Source: an uncultured Planctomycetales bacterium (GTDB lineage Bacteria; Planctomycetota; MHYJ01; JACPRB01). Taken from it: 64,000 nt of DNA. Location of the stretch: the NCBI GenBank assembly GCA_964468745.1, contig CAYXVY010000079.1, positions 7,660 through 71,659 on the forward strand, given 5' to 3'. Positions within the stretch are counted from its first letter, which is position 1. Each line of letters starts with the position of its first letter. The translations under genes and the position numbers were made by a program. Of this stretch, positions 1-10,541 are shown piece by piece. A model generated the notes under the pieces. It did not search any database and was not told the DNA's origin. It was given only the letters and a program-made list of their open reading frames with translations.

Positions 1-22
1 GCCGCCGCTCCACGTTCCCATC

Positions 23-583
23 GTGGGAGACCGGTACGAGTACGGGCCGCTCGACGCTCTGCTCGCGGGACAATGGGCGCGCTACCGCATCACGCGCGGC
101 TCGGCGACGCAGGAGCTGACGCTCGCGTGCGTCGAACGTGCCGGCGACCGCACGTGGATCGAGGTCGTCGAGGAGGGCGAACCTCGGCGCGCCAGCCTCC
201 GGCGGATCACGCCCGACGGCGCGGTCGAGCGCGCGCTCCTGCGCGAGGTACCCGCCGCCGGGGAGGCGAGCGGCATCGAAGTGCAACGCGTCGTGCAGTC
301 CCCCGCGCCGCCCGTCGCCGCGAGGCCGCAGTCGGTCGATACGAAAACGAACCGGGAGGATCTTCGGGGCCCGATCGACGTCACGATCGAACGGGCGCTC
401 TTCCGAGACGAGGAGCTCGGCCGCGAATACGTCGAAGAGCACGCGTGGAGCAAGTCGGTGCCGTCTCTGTACGCCGGCTCCGATGCGGGCGGGCTGGTGC
501 GCCGCGTCACTCCCGCGGAAAAGATCGAGCTGCTCGATCACGGTGCGGGCTACAAGGCGCTCGTTCCCCCCGGCGGAAAATAG
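23..583 (+). CDS. Hypothetical protein. The frame is open to the window start, so the gene may begin upstream.
   Basis: ORF track 23..583 has no in-frame stop between position 2 and 23. The composition is plausible and GC3 is high. No recognisable motif. Confidence 0.35.
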   Translation: MGDRYEYGPLDALLAGQWARYRITRGSATQELTLACVERAGDRTWIEVVEEGEPRRASLRRITPDGAVERALLREVPAAGEASGIEVQRVVQSPAPPVAARPQSVDTKTNREDLRGPIDVTIERALFRDEELGREYVEEHAWSKSVPSLYAGSDAGGLVRRVTPAEKIELLDHGAGYKALVPPGGK

Positions 584-584
584 T

Positions 585-1448
585 TCACTCGGGGTGCATG
601 CGTCCCGTGACGATGGTGATGTCGTCACTCTGAAGCTGCCCCGCACGGTGCATCTCGAGATCGTCCGTCAGGCGCCGCAGGAAGATGTCGGACGGCTGCC
701 GGCCGCTCGCCGCCATGACCTTGTGCAGCCGCTCCATGCCGTACTCCTCCTGCACCGGATTCATGAGCTCGGAAACGCCGTCCGTGAACAGGACAAACCT
801 GTCGCCGGGCTCGAGCGTCTCGGCGCGTTCGAGCATGTGCTCGCTGAACATCTCCTCCGTCGCAGCCCCGAGGACCAGCCCGCGCGGCTGCACGTCCGTC
901 ACCTGGCCGGTGCGCGCCCGGTGCAGCGCCAGCGGGGTGTGCCCGGCGCTGACCATGGTCATCGTGGCTTCGACGGGATCGAGCACGACGAAGAAGATGC
1001 TGACGAACATCCCGCGATCGAGATCTCGCAGCAGGACACGGTTCGTGCGCAGGAGAATCTCGCGTGGCGACGACGAGACCGACGCCATCGCGCGCAGCAC
1101 GGCGCGCGCTTCCACCATCAGGAGCGCGCCGGCCAGCCCCTTGCCGGAGGCGTCCGCGATGACGACCGCAAGGCGGTTCCCGTCAAGCGGTATGAAATCG
1201 AAGAAGTCCCCGCCCACTTCCCCCGCCGGCTGGTAAACGACGTCGAAATCGAACCCGGGCAATTGCGGCCGCTCCGAGAGCAGGCGCCCCTGGATGCGCC
1301 GCGCCACCTCGAGGTCCTGCTGCAGCGCGTAGAGATTCGCGGCGACGCCCGACAGCGCAGGCGGCCGGTACACCGCCGGCACGCGGAACAGCTTCGTGCC
1401 ACCGCCCTGCTCCCCCTGCGGAGCCGTTTCGGAGGACATGCGCGGCAT
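585..1448 (-). CDS. PP2C-family protein serine/threonine phosphatase (SpoIIE/RsbU-like PPM domain)
   Basis: Translation carries PPM metal-binding motifs (GDFFD, VIADASGKG, FTDGV) and is the right length for a stand-alone PP2C domain. It ends convergently with the ORF at 23-583. Confidence 0.8.
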   Translation of the reverse strand: MPRMSSETAPQGEQGGGTKLFRVPAVYRPPALSGVAANLYALQQDLEVARRIQGRLLSERPQLPGFDFDVVYQPAGEVGGDFFDFIPLDGNRLAVVIADASGKGLAGALLMVEARAVLRAMASVSSSPREILLRTNRVLLRDLDRGMFVSIFFVVLDPVEATMTMVSAGHTPLALHRARTGQVTDVQPRGLVLGAATEEMFSEHMLERAETLEPGDRFVLFTDGVSELMNPVQEEYGMERLHKVMAASGRQPSDIFLRRLTDDLEMHRAGQLQSDDITIVTGRMHPE

Positions 1449-1470
1449 TCTACTATAATCACGGAATCCG

Positions 1471-2301
1471 ATGCATCGCTTCGCCTACAGCACGAACGCC
1501 TACACGAAGTGGCCGCTCGAGAAGGCGATCGCCGACGTGCGCGCACGCGGCTTCGATGGCATTGAGATCCTGGCGGACGTGCCGCACGCGTGGCCGGAAA
1601 GCGCGGACATCGCGTCGCTCAAACGCGCGCTCGGAGATTTCCCGATCTCGAATCTCAACGCCAACACCTCGGTCGGACTCGACCGTGAGGGGCGGGATCC
1701 GTCCGGCTTCTGGCCGAGCCTCCTCGATCCGGACGAGGCGCTCCGGAACCGGAAGATCGACTACGTGAAGAGGGTGATCGACCTCGCGCGCGAGCTCGGC
1801 GCGCCCTGCGTCTGCACGGCGACGGGGACATTGCCTCCCGGCGTTACACCGGAGGTCGCGCAGCGCGTGCTCGCCGATTCCTTCGGTCGGATTCTCGCTC
1901 ACGCGGAACGCGCTCCCCGTGTCCGGATCGGCATCGAGTACGAGCCCGGATTCTTCGTCAACGGCTGCGCATCGGCGCTGCGCCTGCTCGATCAGCTGCG
2001 GCATCCCCTGATGGGCGTAAACCTCGACCTCGGCCACGCCGAATGTGAGGGTGAAGAGCTCGGCACGACGATCGAATCATTCGGGCCGCGCATCTGGAAC
2101 ATCCATCTCGAGGACATCCGCAAGCGCGTCCACGAGCACCTCGTGCCGGGCGATGGGGACATCGATTTCGCGAGCGTGCGTCGCGCGCTCGACCGCATCG
2201 GCTACACGGGCTTCGTCACACTCGAGCTCTATCCCTACAAGGACGACCCCGGCGGCGCGGGGACAAGGGGACTCGAATACTTGCGCCCGATCTTCGGCTA
2301 A
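1471..2301 (+). CDS. Sugar phosphate isomerase/epimerase (xylose-isomerase-like TIM barrel)
   Basis: ATG start at 1471. Translation MHRFAYSTNAY...GFDGIEI...HLED...GDGDIDF is typical of the AP-endonuclease-2 / xylose-isomerase-like TIM-barrel family. Confidence 0.8.
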   Translation: MHRFAYSTNAYTKWPLEKAIADVRARGFDGIEILADVPHAWPESADIASLKRALGDFPISNLNANTSVGLDREGRDPSGFWPSLLDPDEALRNRKIDYVKRVIDLARELGAPCVCTATGTLPPGVTPEVAQRVLADSFGRILAHAERAPRVRIGIEYEPGFFVNGCASALRLLDQLRHPLMGVNLDLGHAECEGEELGTTIESFGPRIWNIHLEDIRKRVHEHLVPGDGDIDFASVRRALDRIGYTGFVTLELYPYKDDPGGAGTRGLEYLRPIFG

Positions 2302-2681
2302 GCCAGCGCGATCACATCGATCTCGACGGCAACGCCCTTCGGCAGCGCACCCGCCTGGATCGTCGAACGCGCCGGCGGCTCCTTCGTGAAATACGTCGCG
2401 TACACCTCGTTGACCTTCGCGAAGTCGCCGATCGCGGCGAGGAAAATCGTCGTCTTCACGACGCGATCCATCGACATTCCCGCCGCCTCGAGCACCGCCT
2501 TCACGTTGTCGAGCACGCGGCGCGTCTGGGCGGCGACGTCGTCCATCACGACCTGTCCCGTCTTCGCGTCGATGGAGATCTGCCCTGAGACGAAGACGAA
2601 CCCGCCGGCGCGCACGGCCTGCGAATACGGGCCGATGGGCGCGGGGGCGCGGTCCGTCCGGATGATCTCGCGTTCCGACAT
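2298..2681 (-). CDS. ridA: RidA/YjgF/TdcF family reactive-intermediate deaminase
   Basis: The 127-aa product from the internal ATG (MSEREIIRTDRAPAPIGPYSQAV...) has the classic RidA N-terminus and length. The track ORF extends 31 codons further upstream, but those codons are low-complexity. Confidence 0.85.
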   Translation of the reverse strand: MSEREIIRTDRAPAPIGPYSQAVRAGGFVFVSGQISIDAKTGQVVMDDVAAQTRRVLDNVKAVLEAAGMSMDRVVKTTIFLAAIGDFAKVNEVYATYFTKEPPARSTIQAGALPKGVAVEIDVIALA

Positions 2682-2751
2682 GGCGCGCGATCGTACGGCC
2701 CCCTGAGGGTTATTGCAACACCGCAGCCGTGCGGCTATCGTTGAGCCCTTC

Positions 2752-4866
2752 ATGGCGGACAACGAATCGTACAAGCCGACGGACCGGCGCGACGCGAAGA
2801 AACCGGAGAAGCCGAAGCCGAAGCCGCCGCCGCCCGACGACGATCCGTCGCTCGTCCAGCCGAAGGCGTGGGGACTGCCCGGAATTCACGATGGCATGAC
2901 CATCATGGACATGGGCCCGCTCACGCCCGATCCGAAGACGAATCCGCCGACGGACATGACCCTCAAGGCGCCGAACGCGCCTCCGACGGCTCCGCCGAAA
3001 CTCGCCGAAATGTCGGCCGACTTTACCGACCTGACCCTCAAGGCGGACGTGACGCCGCCGTCGCGGCAGACCTCCGACTCGAATCCCCCGTCGAAAGGCG
3101 GCTCGAGCTCATCCAACAGCCGCCGCCCCTCGCAGGATCCCACGCCCGACGAGGTCAAGCCGTTCCTGAGCGACCTCTCGCGTCGCATGAACCAGTACAT
3201 CCTCGCGAAGCAGGTCGGCGCGGGGGGAATGGGCGCGGTCTGGAAAGCTTGGGACATCAAGCTGCGCCGCTGGGTGGCGATCAAGCAGCTGAACGTCTCC
3301 GACGAAGAAAGCATCCGCCGCTTCGAGCGCGAAGCACAGCTCGCCGCACACCTGCGGCACCCGAACATCTGCGGCATCTATGAAGTGAACGAGGCGCAGG
3401 GCCGGCACTACCTCGTGCTCGATTTCATCGACGGCGGATCGCTGTCTAAGACACAACTCCCGCTGCGCCCGATCCTCGAGATCTTCGTCAAGGTGTGCCG
3501 CGCGATCCAGTTCGCCCACGCGAACGACATCATCCATCGCGACCTCAAGCCGGCGAACATCATGATGAGCAGCGCCGGCGAACCCTTCGTCACCGACTTC
3601 GGCCTCGCGAAGCTGATGCAGGCCGAGTCGTCGATCTCGATCCAGGGCGCCATCATGGGCACGCCCGCGTACATGCCGCCGGAGCAGGCCGCCGGCAAAC
3701 TCGAGGAACTCGACGCGCGGAGCGACATCTATTCGCTCGGCGCGACGCTGTACGCGCTGTGCGCCGGCAAGGCGCCCTTCGAAGCGGACAACGCGACGAC
3801 CCTGCTCTTCAAGGTCTGCACGGAGGAGCCGACGCCGCCGCGCAAGCACAAGCCGGACATCCCGGCCCCGATCGAGGCGGTCATCCTCAAGGCGATGGAG
3901 AAGGAGAAGCGGTCGCGCTACCTCACCGCGGGCGAGATGGCCGACGACCTCGAACGCTTCCTCAACGATCAGCCCGTCAGCGCGCGTCCCCCATCCACGG
4001 TGGAGCGTCTCTTCCGCAAGCTCCGGAAGAACAAACTCCCGGCGGCCGCGACCTCGGCGATCGTCATCGCCGCCGCGATCGTCACGGTCGTCGTCGTCAA
4101 CGCCCGCCGTCAGCGCAACAATCAGAATCAGAACGTCGACCCCATCGTGAAGACGATCACCATCCCGCCGCCGGAACAGAGCGAGGAGCAGAAACGCATC
4201 GCGGCGTGGAAGGACATCTGGGAGCAGGTCCAGCCGAAGCTGCTCTGGGTCGCGTTCAAGTCGTCATCTCCAGACCTGGTCGAGGCGACCCGCAAGCACG
4301 TCGCGGGCGTGCCGGAGGGCGACGCGGGCGAGGGCCTGCGAAAGGACGCGATGGCCTGGCTCACCGACCAGCTCGAGTCGATTCCAAAACCCGAATGGCC
4401 GAAGTCCGAGTGGGCCGACAAGCGCTCCGCCGCGCAGCGCGCCGACGAGTTCGCGGTCATGCTGGCCTCGATCGTCGAGAAAGAGGGCGGCGGCGCCGAC
4501 GCGCTTCGCGCCGTCTCGAAGCGCGTGCGCGACCAGTACGCTCCGCTGCTCGCGTGGCGCGGCACGTTTTCGCTCAAGCTCTACGCGATGCCGTACGCGG
4601 AGCTGCGCCACCTGAAGGTCGGTGATGCGGCCGTGTTCAAGGACGGCAAGCCCGTCGACGGCGTCCGGCTCGTGGGCGACTCGGGCTTCACGCCCCTCGT
4701 CCTCCAGAATCTCGAGATCGCCGACCTCACGATCACGCTGCACCACCCGACGCTCGGCACGCGGGAGTTCAAGGTCGCCTCGGCCGACTTGCAGAACGGC
4801 CGGACGTACCTCTGGTCGGGCTCGATGGAGAAGCCGGAGACGTTCCGCCTCAGGATCTCACCGTAG
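2752..4866 (+). CDS. Ser/Thr protein kinase (Hanks-type) with a proline-rich N-terminus, one TM segment and a ~270-aa extracytoplasmic C-terminal domain
   Basis: Kinase motifs are present: [41 protein letters not shown] hydrophobic TM segment ([21 protein letters not shown]) follows the kinase domain. ATG at 2752; the track alternative is TTG at 2713. Confidence 0.85.
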   Translation: MADNESYKPTDRRDAKKPEKPKPKPPPPDDDPSLVQPKAWGLPGIHDGMTIMDMGPLTPDPKTNPPTDMTLKAPNAPPTAPPKLAEMSADFTDLTLKADVTPPSRQTSDSNPPSKGGSSSSNSRRPSQDPTPDEVKPFLSDLSRRMNQYILAKQVGAGGMGAVWKAWDIKLRRWVAIKQLNVSDEESIRRFEREAQLAAHLRHPNICGIYEVNEAQGRHYLVLDFIDGGSLSKTQLPLRPILEIFVKVCRAIQFAHANDIIHRDLKPANIMMSSAGEPFVTDFGLAKLMQAESSISIQGAIMGTPAYMPPEQAAGKLEELDARSDIYSLGATLYALCAGKAPFEADNATTLLFKVCTEEPTPPRKHKPDIPAPIEAVILKAMEKEKRSRYLTAGEMADDLERFLNDQPVSARPPSTVERLFRKLRKNKLPAAATSAIVIAAAIVTVVVVNARRQRNNQNQNVDPIVKTITIPPPEQSEEQKRIAAWKDIWEQVQPKLLWVAFKSSSPDLVEATRKHVAGVPEGDAGEGLRKDAMAWLTDQLESIPKPEWPKSEWADKRSAAQRADEFAVMLASIVEKEGGGADALRAVSKRVRDQYAPLLAWRGTFSLKLYAMPYAELRHLKVGDAAVFKDGKPVDGVRLVGDSGFTPLVLQNLEIADLTITLHHPTLGTREFKVASADLQNGRTYLWSGSMEKPETFRLRISP

Positions 4867-6423
4867 CTTTTCGACGACCTGCTGGATCTTCGGGCCGAAC
4901 GACGAGACGTCGAGCGCACCGCCAACGCCGCGAAGGTCCGACCCGAGAACGCGCGTCGAACGCGTGACGTCGTCCACCGTAGAGCCCTTGAGGAATCCGC
5001 GCAGCGCGGCGGCGACAATGCGGTACGTCACGATCGAGCGCCGCGATTCGAGCGACATGCGCTCCGACTTGTCCCAGAGCTTCGAGAGCGCATCCTCAAT
5101 TTCCGAGAGCGCACGATCGGGATCCTCCGCCGCCGCCGTCGCGAGAAGATCCGTCGCGTACTTCTTCACGCTGTCGTCGTCCACCGGAAACCGCTCGAAC
5201 AGCGGCTTGAAATCGCGCGCAGGGATCTGCGACGCGTAATCCTTCTTGTCCGTCGCCTGGCGCACGCGCGCGTCGAAGTCCTGCCATTGGCGCGAGAGTT
5301 CGTCGGCTTCCTTGCGGAGCGCCGCCCGGCGGTCCGCCGGCGCGTTGCGCGACTCCTCCGCGCGCTTCTCGATGTCCTCGTAGACCGACGCGTACGCGAG
5401 CGCCTCGACCGATTTGTACCAGCGGACGCCGCCCCCCTTGTCCGCGATGCCGATCGAGTTCGTCGCGTGATTCAGCAGCGCCGCGACGAACGGCTTCCCC
5501 TCGCGGATGACGGCGAGCGTGTCGCGCACGTAGCGGCACCACGAGAAGTCGTCGCGCGCGACGGTGAGCTCCGCCCCGTCCGGCAGTTCGAACCGGCGCG
5601 CGAAGGTTTCGCGCTCCATCGTCTTCAGGCGCTGCAGCTGTCCCGCGTCCTCGAGGCTCGTCAGGAACGACGCGGCGGCCGACGCCATGTACTTGTCGCA
5701 CTCGATGTCCACGTCCTTGACGTACTGCTGGCGCTTCGGATCGGTGAGGAATCCCCCCTTCGCGCCTACGTGCGCCTTCGCGGCGGCGAAGCGGCCGGAA
5801 TTGACGAGCGAACGCCACTCGCGCAGGAAGTCGGGTTCGGGATCGACGCCGGTGGCCGCGGCCTTGAGCGCGGCGACGCGTTGTTTCGCGGAGGCGGAGG
5901 CACCCGCGCCGGCCGCACCGTGGGCCGTCGCGTCGTCGAAGTCCTTGATCGCGCGGTCGAGGATCTCGATCGCCTTCTCGCGCTCGGCCGACTCGGCCAT
6001 CGTGACGCGCACGTTGCCGCGCGCGAGGAAGGCGTCGCCAAGCGGGCCATCGCTCGCCTTCAACCCCCGCTTCACTGATTCCTCGAAATCGGCGATCGCC
6101 TTGTCGAGATGCGTGAGCGCCCGGTCCGGTTCCGCCGTCGCGGCCTGTTTCACGCGCGACTGCCCGCGCAGCTGGTAGGGATAAAAGTCCACGCGCTTGT
6201 AGTTCCCGGACGAGATCTCGATCTTGAGCTTGCACTCCTTTTTCTCGACCTTCGAGCTCTCGATGATGGCGGTCAGCATGTCGACCGCGTCGCCCGCCGA
6301 CGCGTTCCTCGCCTGCTCGTACTTGTCGAGCGCCTCGAGGTACGGACCCTTCGCGGCCTTCGAGATGAACTCCTCCTGCTGGAGGAGGAGCAGAAGCGCC
6401 AGAAATGCCGTCACGCCTGACAT
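4858..6423 (-). CDS. Hypothetical secreted protein with TPR-like helical repeats
   Basis: N-terminal hydrophobic signal-like segment (VTAFLALLLLL), K/E/A-rich helical composition and high GC3. Its 3' end overlaps the convergent kinase gene by 9 nt. No family assignable. Confidence 0.5.
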   Translation of the reverse strand: MSGVTAFLALLLLLQQEEFISKAAKGPYLEALDKYEQARNASAGDAVDMLTAIIESSKVEKKECKLKIEISSGNYKRVDFYPYQLRGQSRVKQAATAEPDRALTHLDKAIADFEESVKRGLKASDGPLGDAFLARGNVRVTMAESAEREKAIEILDRAIKDFDDATAHGAAGAGASASAKQRVAALKAAATGVDPEPDFLREWRSLVNSGRFAAAKAHVGAKGGFLTDPKRQQYVKDVDIECDKYMASAAASFLTSLEDAGQLQRLKTMERETFARRFELPDGAELTVARDDFSWCRYVRDTLAVIREGKPFVAALLNHATNSIGIADKGGGVRWYKSVEALAYASVYEDIEKRAEESRNAPADRRAALRKEADELSRQWQDFDARVRQATDKKDYASQIPARDFKPLFERFPVDDDSVKKYATDLLATAAAEDPDRALSEIEDALSKLWDKSERMSLESRRSIVTYRIVAAALRGFLKGSTVDDVTRSTRVLGSDLRGVGGALDVSSFGPKIQQVVEKLR

Positions 6424-6447
6424 CCTACGAAACGTCGCGGCCGGCCG

Positions 6448-7896
6448 CTACGGGGCCCTTCGGTAGACCTGCGTCGAGAAAGTGATCGCGCCCCCCACCA
6501 TGTTGGACGCGCCCGATTCGAACGCCACGGTAGTGCCGTCTTCGCTCATGCGCGGAGTACGGCAATCGTTGTTCGGTTCCGCGCCGAGCGTCGTCAGCGA
6601 CATGCGGGCGGTTGTGCCTCCCAGGATGTTCCGGATGAACACATCGTCAAAGCCCGCAATATCTCCGGGGACGAGATCCGGCGCGCCCGACTGGAAGCAC
6701 ACGAAATCGCCCCCGCCCGACACGGACGGGAATACGCAGTCCTGCGTCGATTGCGAGCCGAAGGAATCGAGCGACACGATCTCGGTCAGCGCAACGCCGG
6801 TCATCGGCCCACGCCGAAAGATGTCCTTCGTGCTTCCGTTCGCATCCAAAGCGGCCGGGACCAGATCGGTGGCCGCGGACTCGAACACGACGAAGTTTCC
6901 GTCGCCCGAAAGGCTCGGATTCAGACTGGTGCCGTCTCCGGTCTTGACGCCCCCTGCATCATCGTCGGACACGAGGAGGACTGCGCTGACGGTAGGGGCG
7001 AGCGGCCACCCAGTCTTGGTTACGGACCGCCAGAAGACGTCGTCGCTGGTGTTTCCCTCGATGGCGCCCGCGACGAAGACTGACGCGAGCGCGTTGGACT
7101 GCCATGCCACATAGACCGTACCCGCGTCCTGACCGAGCGTCGGCCGCACGTTGAAGCCGTTGGACGCGATTGTAGGTGAGGACGTTCGCGTGAGGAGGAT
7201 CGTGAGACCCCCAATAATGTTGTCCATCACGCCGCCTACCAACGGAATGCGCCTCAGATAGACCTCATGGTAGTCAGTCGTGGTGCCCGCTACGTAGTCG
7301 GCGCCGTACGCCGTGAAGACGACGTACACCGCGGCCGCATCGGCGACCACGTTGAAGCCGTAGAAACCCTCGGACCCGTTGAGTGTGGTGGTCGTGCTCG
7401 AGACGGCCCTCACGCTCACGCACACGGTCGTGTCGGTGTAGAGATCGCGAACAAACAGATCGTCGCGATTATTGGCGTCCGTAAGCCCAGTCACGAGATT
7501 CGTCGCGCGCGAAGCGAACGCGACGAACCGCTCATCGGGAGAGATGAAGGCGGCGGAACAGTAATCGTTGGCGCCCGTCAAGCCGGAGCTGCTGACCGAG
7601 ACGAGCGTGGTCGTGTTCGTCACAGTGTCGCGCACGTAGATGTCGTCGATCGTGTTTGTGTCACGCGGGTCCAGGTTGTTTGAGGAGGACTCGAACGCGA
7701 CGTAGCGACCGTCGTAGGAAACCGTCGGCTGGCGCCCCCCGTTCGTCCCCGGGCTGCCGGCGGAGGACAACGACATCATCCGCACGTTGATCGTGCCGAT
7801 GCTGTTGTTGTTGACGTTGCCGCTGCACGCCCCCGCGAGCGGGAGCCACGCAGCCGCGACGACCAGCAGGGCGATTCGAAGCACCGTGGTTCTCAT
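6448..7896 (-). CDS. TolB-like PD40 beta-propeller repeat lipoprotein
   Basis: Lipoprotein-type signal (MRTTVLRIALLVVAAAWLPLAGAC). Repeated PD40-like units (SxDGRyVAFxSxAtNLV, DIyvRD, DifRR) recur about six times. Confidence 0.6.
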   Translation of the reverse strand: MRTTVLRIALLVVAAAWLPLAGACSGNVNNNSIGTINVRMMSLSSAGSPGTNGGRQPTVSYDGRYVAFESSSNNLDPRDTNTIDDIYVRDTVTNTTTLVSVSSSGLTGANDYCSAAFISPDERFVAFASRATNLVTGLTDANNRDDLFVRDLYTDTTVCVSVRAVSSTTTTLNGSEGFYGFNVVADAAAVYVVFTAYGADYVAGTTTDYHEVYLRRIPLVGGVMDNIIGGLTILLTRTSSPTIASNGFNVRPTLGQDAGTVYVAWQSNALASVFVAGAIEGNTSDDVFWRSVTKTGWPLAPTVSAVLLVSDDDAGGVKTGDGTSLNPSLSGDGNFVVFESAATDLVPAALDANGSTKDIFRRGPMTGVALTEIVSLDSFGSQSTQDCVFPSVSGGGDFVCFQSGAPDLVPGDIAGFDDVFIRNILGGTTARMSLTTLGAEPNNDCRTPRMSEDGTTVAFESGASNMVGGAITFSTQVYRRAP

Positions 7897-7918
7897 GATA
7901 CCTCCGGCATTTCCAAGC

Positions 7919-9121
7919 TTAGAACTCATGAGTGTACCCCATTGCGACGTTCAAGGAATCACCACCGGCGTCGGCCGCCAGGTCCACCGAGCGCAGTTTC
8001 CCGCCCTCGGTCGTCCACTGGAGCCCCGCGCCGAACGTGAAGAGGTTGAACGACTCGTCGTCCGTCTCGAGCACGAGCTTGAATCCGCCGGTGGACGGCA
8101 GATTGTTCGCGTCGGCCCACGGCGCGTCGAACCGGCGGAAGCCGAGGCGCGGATAGAGGGCGATCTTCTCGGAGAGCTGGAACCGGTACTCGCCGCCGAT
8201 CGAGAAGTTGAACGCGTCGTCGAACTCGGGCTGGCCGCTGAAGATCGGCTTCTCCGCGGTCTCGCTCCAGTCGATGAACTGGAAGTCGATGGTGACCCGC
8301 AGCGGCGTCCCCTGCAGCAGGTAGAACGTGGCGCCGAAGTTAACTTGTTGAGGCATGTCGAACGCGGGAAGAATGTCCGGCTCGATGTCGAACGTGTACT
8401 CCACAGCGCTGGAGTACGCGAATCCGACGTTGACCTTGAAGGATTCCCCGTTGTCGTACACGCCGAGGAGGAGGCCCAAGCCGAAGCCGAACCCGATGGA
8501 CGTGTCGGTGTTGAGGGTGGTGATAACGAGCCCCGACACGCTCGTCTGCTGGGTGAACTCCCAGCGTTCGTATCCGAGGTCGATTCCCACGCCGACCGCC
8601 AGGTGCGTAAACGTGCCTGACTCGCCGACCGGGCGGAAGCGGATGTCCTTGGCGAATGAGACGCGGAAGCGCGAGAGGGACTCCTCGACACCCGCCGTCG
8701 GATTGAACGTCGTCTGGGCGGGATCGGAGATGACGTCCATCGCGTACTTGATGTGGTACGGACGCGCGTAGCAGATCCCGATCGCCATCGGGTCCTCGGG
8801 CGTGCCCAGCTGGAATACGGCACCGAGGAAGGCCGGCAGCAGGGCCGGATCCACCATGATCGTCTCCGCCTCGGTGGACGCAGCGATGGTTCCGCCGGAG
8901 CGCTCGCGCTTGACGGGATAGCCCGTGTACGTGTGGTACGCGATCGCGCCCTGGTCAGGCTGGGTCGCGATTCCGGCCGGATTGAGCCAGATCGAGACCG
9001 GGTCGTCCTCGAACGCCGTGTAACTGCCGCCCATCGCCTTCGTGCGGGCGCCTAACTGCTGGTCCTGTCCCCACGCGGCGGCCGGCACGATCAAGCATAC
9101 GAACCCGGCGATCCATTTCAT
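7919..9121 (-). CDS. Outer-membrane beta-barrel transport protein, FadL/TodX/PorV-like
   Basis: Signal peptide (MKWIAGFVCLIVPAAAWGQ); N-terminal FadL-type segment with NPAG; alternating hydrophobic beta-strand pattern. The C-terminus ...GYTHEF is the aromatic terminal residue typical of OMPs. Confidence 0.6.
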   Translation of the reverse strand: MKWIAGFVCLIVPAAAWGQDQQLGARTKAMGGSYTAFEDDPVSIWLNPAGIATQPDQGAIAYHTYTGYPVKRERSGGTIAASTEAETIMVDPALLPAFLGAVFQLGTPEDPMAIGICYARPYHIKYAMDVISDPAQTTFNPTAGVEESLSRFRVSFAKDIRFRPVGESGTFTHLAVGVGIDLGYERWEFTQQTSVSGLVITTLNTDTSIGFGFGLGLLLGVYDNGESFKVNVGFAYSSAVEYTFDIEPDILPAFDMPQQVNFGATFYLLQGTPLRVTIDFQFIDWSETAEKPIFSGQPEFDDAFNFSIGGEYRFQLSEKIALYPRLGFRRFDAPWADANNLPSTGGFKLVLETDDESFNLFTFGAGLQWTTEGGKLRSVDLAADAGGDSLNVAMGYTHEF

Positions 9122-9222
9122 GTACGTTCCCTCTGTGAGGTCGCTGATTATAGGAACCGGACGCAGCTACGCAAATCTTTAGGGAGTGCCCGCGTCGACG
9201 CACCACGGGCTATGCTTAGGGC

Positions 9223-10449
9223 GTGGCGCGCATCTCGATCGACCGTTTCGCCGCCGTCGCTGTCCGTCGCGGCTTCCTCTCGCGCCAGCAGCTCGAGGCG
9301 GCGCTCAAAGACATCGGGCTCGAAGCCGCACGCAACCGCCACAAGCTCATCGCCGCGCTCGTGCGACGCAAGGACCTCAGCACCGCGAGCGTCGAGCGGA
9401 TCCTGCAACTGCTGCGCGGACACGATCTGTGGTGTTCCGGCTGCAAGGAGGTGCGTGCGATCGACCGCTTCGATCCGCAGAAAGAATACGCATGCCCGAC
9501 GTGCGCCAAGCCGCTGCGCCGCGTGGACGGCCTCGACCGGCAGTCGAACCTGCGCATTGATGAGGTCTTCGACGAGATGGACGACGAGAACTCGTCGGTG
9601 CGGTTGTCGCGCTGGAAGATCCTCCGGCGGATCGGCGCGGGCGGGATGGGACGCGTCTATCTCGCGAAGCACCGCAAGCTGAAGAAGCTGGCCGCCGTGA
9701 AGGTGCTGCCGTCGGATCTGGCGAGCGATCCAGAGTACGTGAAGCTGTTCATCCGCGAGGGTCGCGCACTCGCGAGGCTCAAGCACCCGAACATCGTGGA
9801 GATCTTCGACATCGACCAGGAGGCGGGGATTCATTTCCTCATCATGGAATATGTCGAAGGGGTCAGCCTGAAGGAGCTGCTGGAACAGTCCGGCACGGTC
9901 GCGCCCCGCGTGGCGGTCGGCATCGCGATGGACCTGAGCCGGGCGCTCGTCCACGCGCACGCGCGGTCGTTCGTGCATCGCGACATCAAGCCCGGGAACA
10001 TCCTGCTGGGCCGCAGCGGCGAGGTGAAGCTCACGGACTTCGGGCTTGTCCGCGAGATGGGGCCGGACGCCGCGACGTGGACCGATGCCGTTCTCGGCAC
10101 GCCCCACTACATGTCGCCCGAGCAGGCGCGCGGGAGGCCGGCGGACATCCGCTCGGATATCTACTCCTTCGGCGCGACGCTCTACATGATCCTGGCGGGA
10201 ACGACGCCCTTCACCGGGCAGGACACGATGACGGTGCTGCTCAAGGTGGCCAACGACACGCCGCCGGAAGTGCGCGAGCTGAATCCCCTCGTGCCGCGCC
10301 CGCTCTCCGACCTCATCGCACGGATGATGGCGAAGAATCCCGTGGAACGGCCGCAAAGCGCCGCCGACGTCTTCCGCGAGCTGGAGCGCGTCTCGCTCAA
10401 CGGGCGGGCAACCGGCACGCGCCCGAAGACGCGGACGGCGTCGTCGTAG
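9223..10449 (+). CDS. Ser/Thr protein kinase with an N-terminal C4 zinc-ribbon
   Basis: CSGC...17 aa...CPTC zinc ribbon, then kinase motifs GAGGMGRVYLA, AVK, HRDIKPGNILL, DFGL, GTPHYMSPE. GTG start at 9223. Confidence 0.85.
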   Translation: MARISIDRFAAVAVRRGFLSRQQLEAALKDIGLEAARNRHKLIAALVRRKDLSTASVERILQLLRGHDLWCSGCKEVRAIDRFDPQKEYACPTCAKPLRRVDGLDRQSNLRIDEVFDEMDDENSSVRLSRWKILRRIGAGGMGRVYLAKHRKLKKLAAVKVLPSDLASDPEYVKLFIREGRALARLKHPNIVEIFDIDQEAGIHFLIMEYVEGVSLKELLEQSGTVAPRVAVGIAMDLSRALVHAHARSFVHRDIKPGNILLGRSGEVKLTDFGLVREMGPDAATWTDAVLGTPHYMSPEQARGRPADIRSDIYSFGATLYMILAGTTPFTGQDTMTVLLKVANDTPPEVRELNPLVPRPLSDLIARMMAKNPVERPQSAADVFRELERVSLNGRATGTRPKTRTASS

Positions 10450-10541
10450 GAGTTGTCGCGCGCTGCGCGAGCATGTACGCGCACGGAAGATCCGGCTCGA
10501 ACGAAATTCCGAGACCGGACGGAGGCGCTATACTGCTCGGC

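Noticed and set aside
585-4866. Possible TerY-P-like phosphatase / kinase anti-phage triad (PP2C + Ser/Thr kinase)
   Set aside because: There is no vWA/TerY gene. The phosphatase and kinase are separated by unrelated metabolic genes (sugar isomerase, RidA) on different strands.
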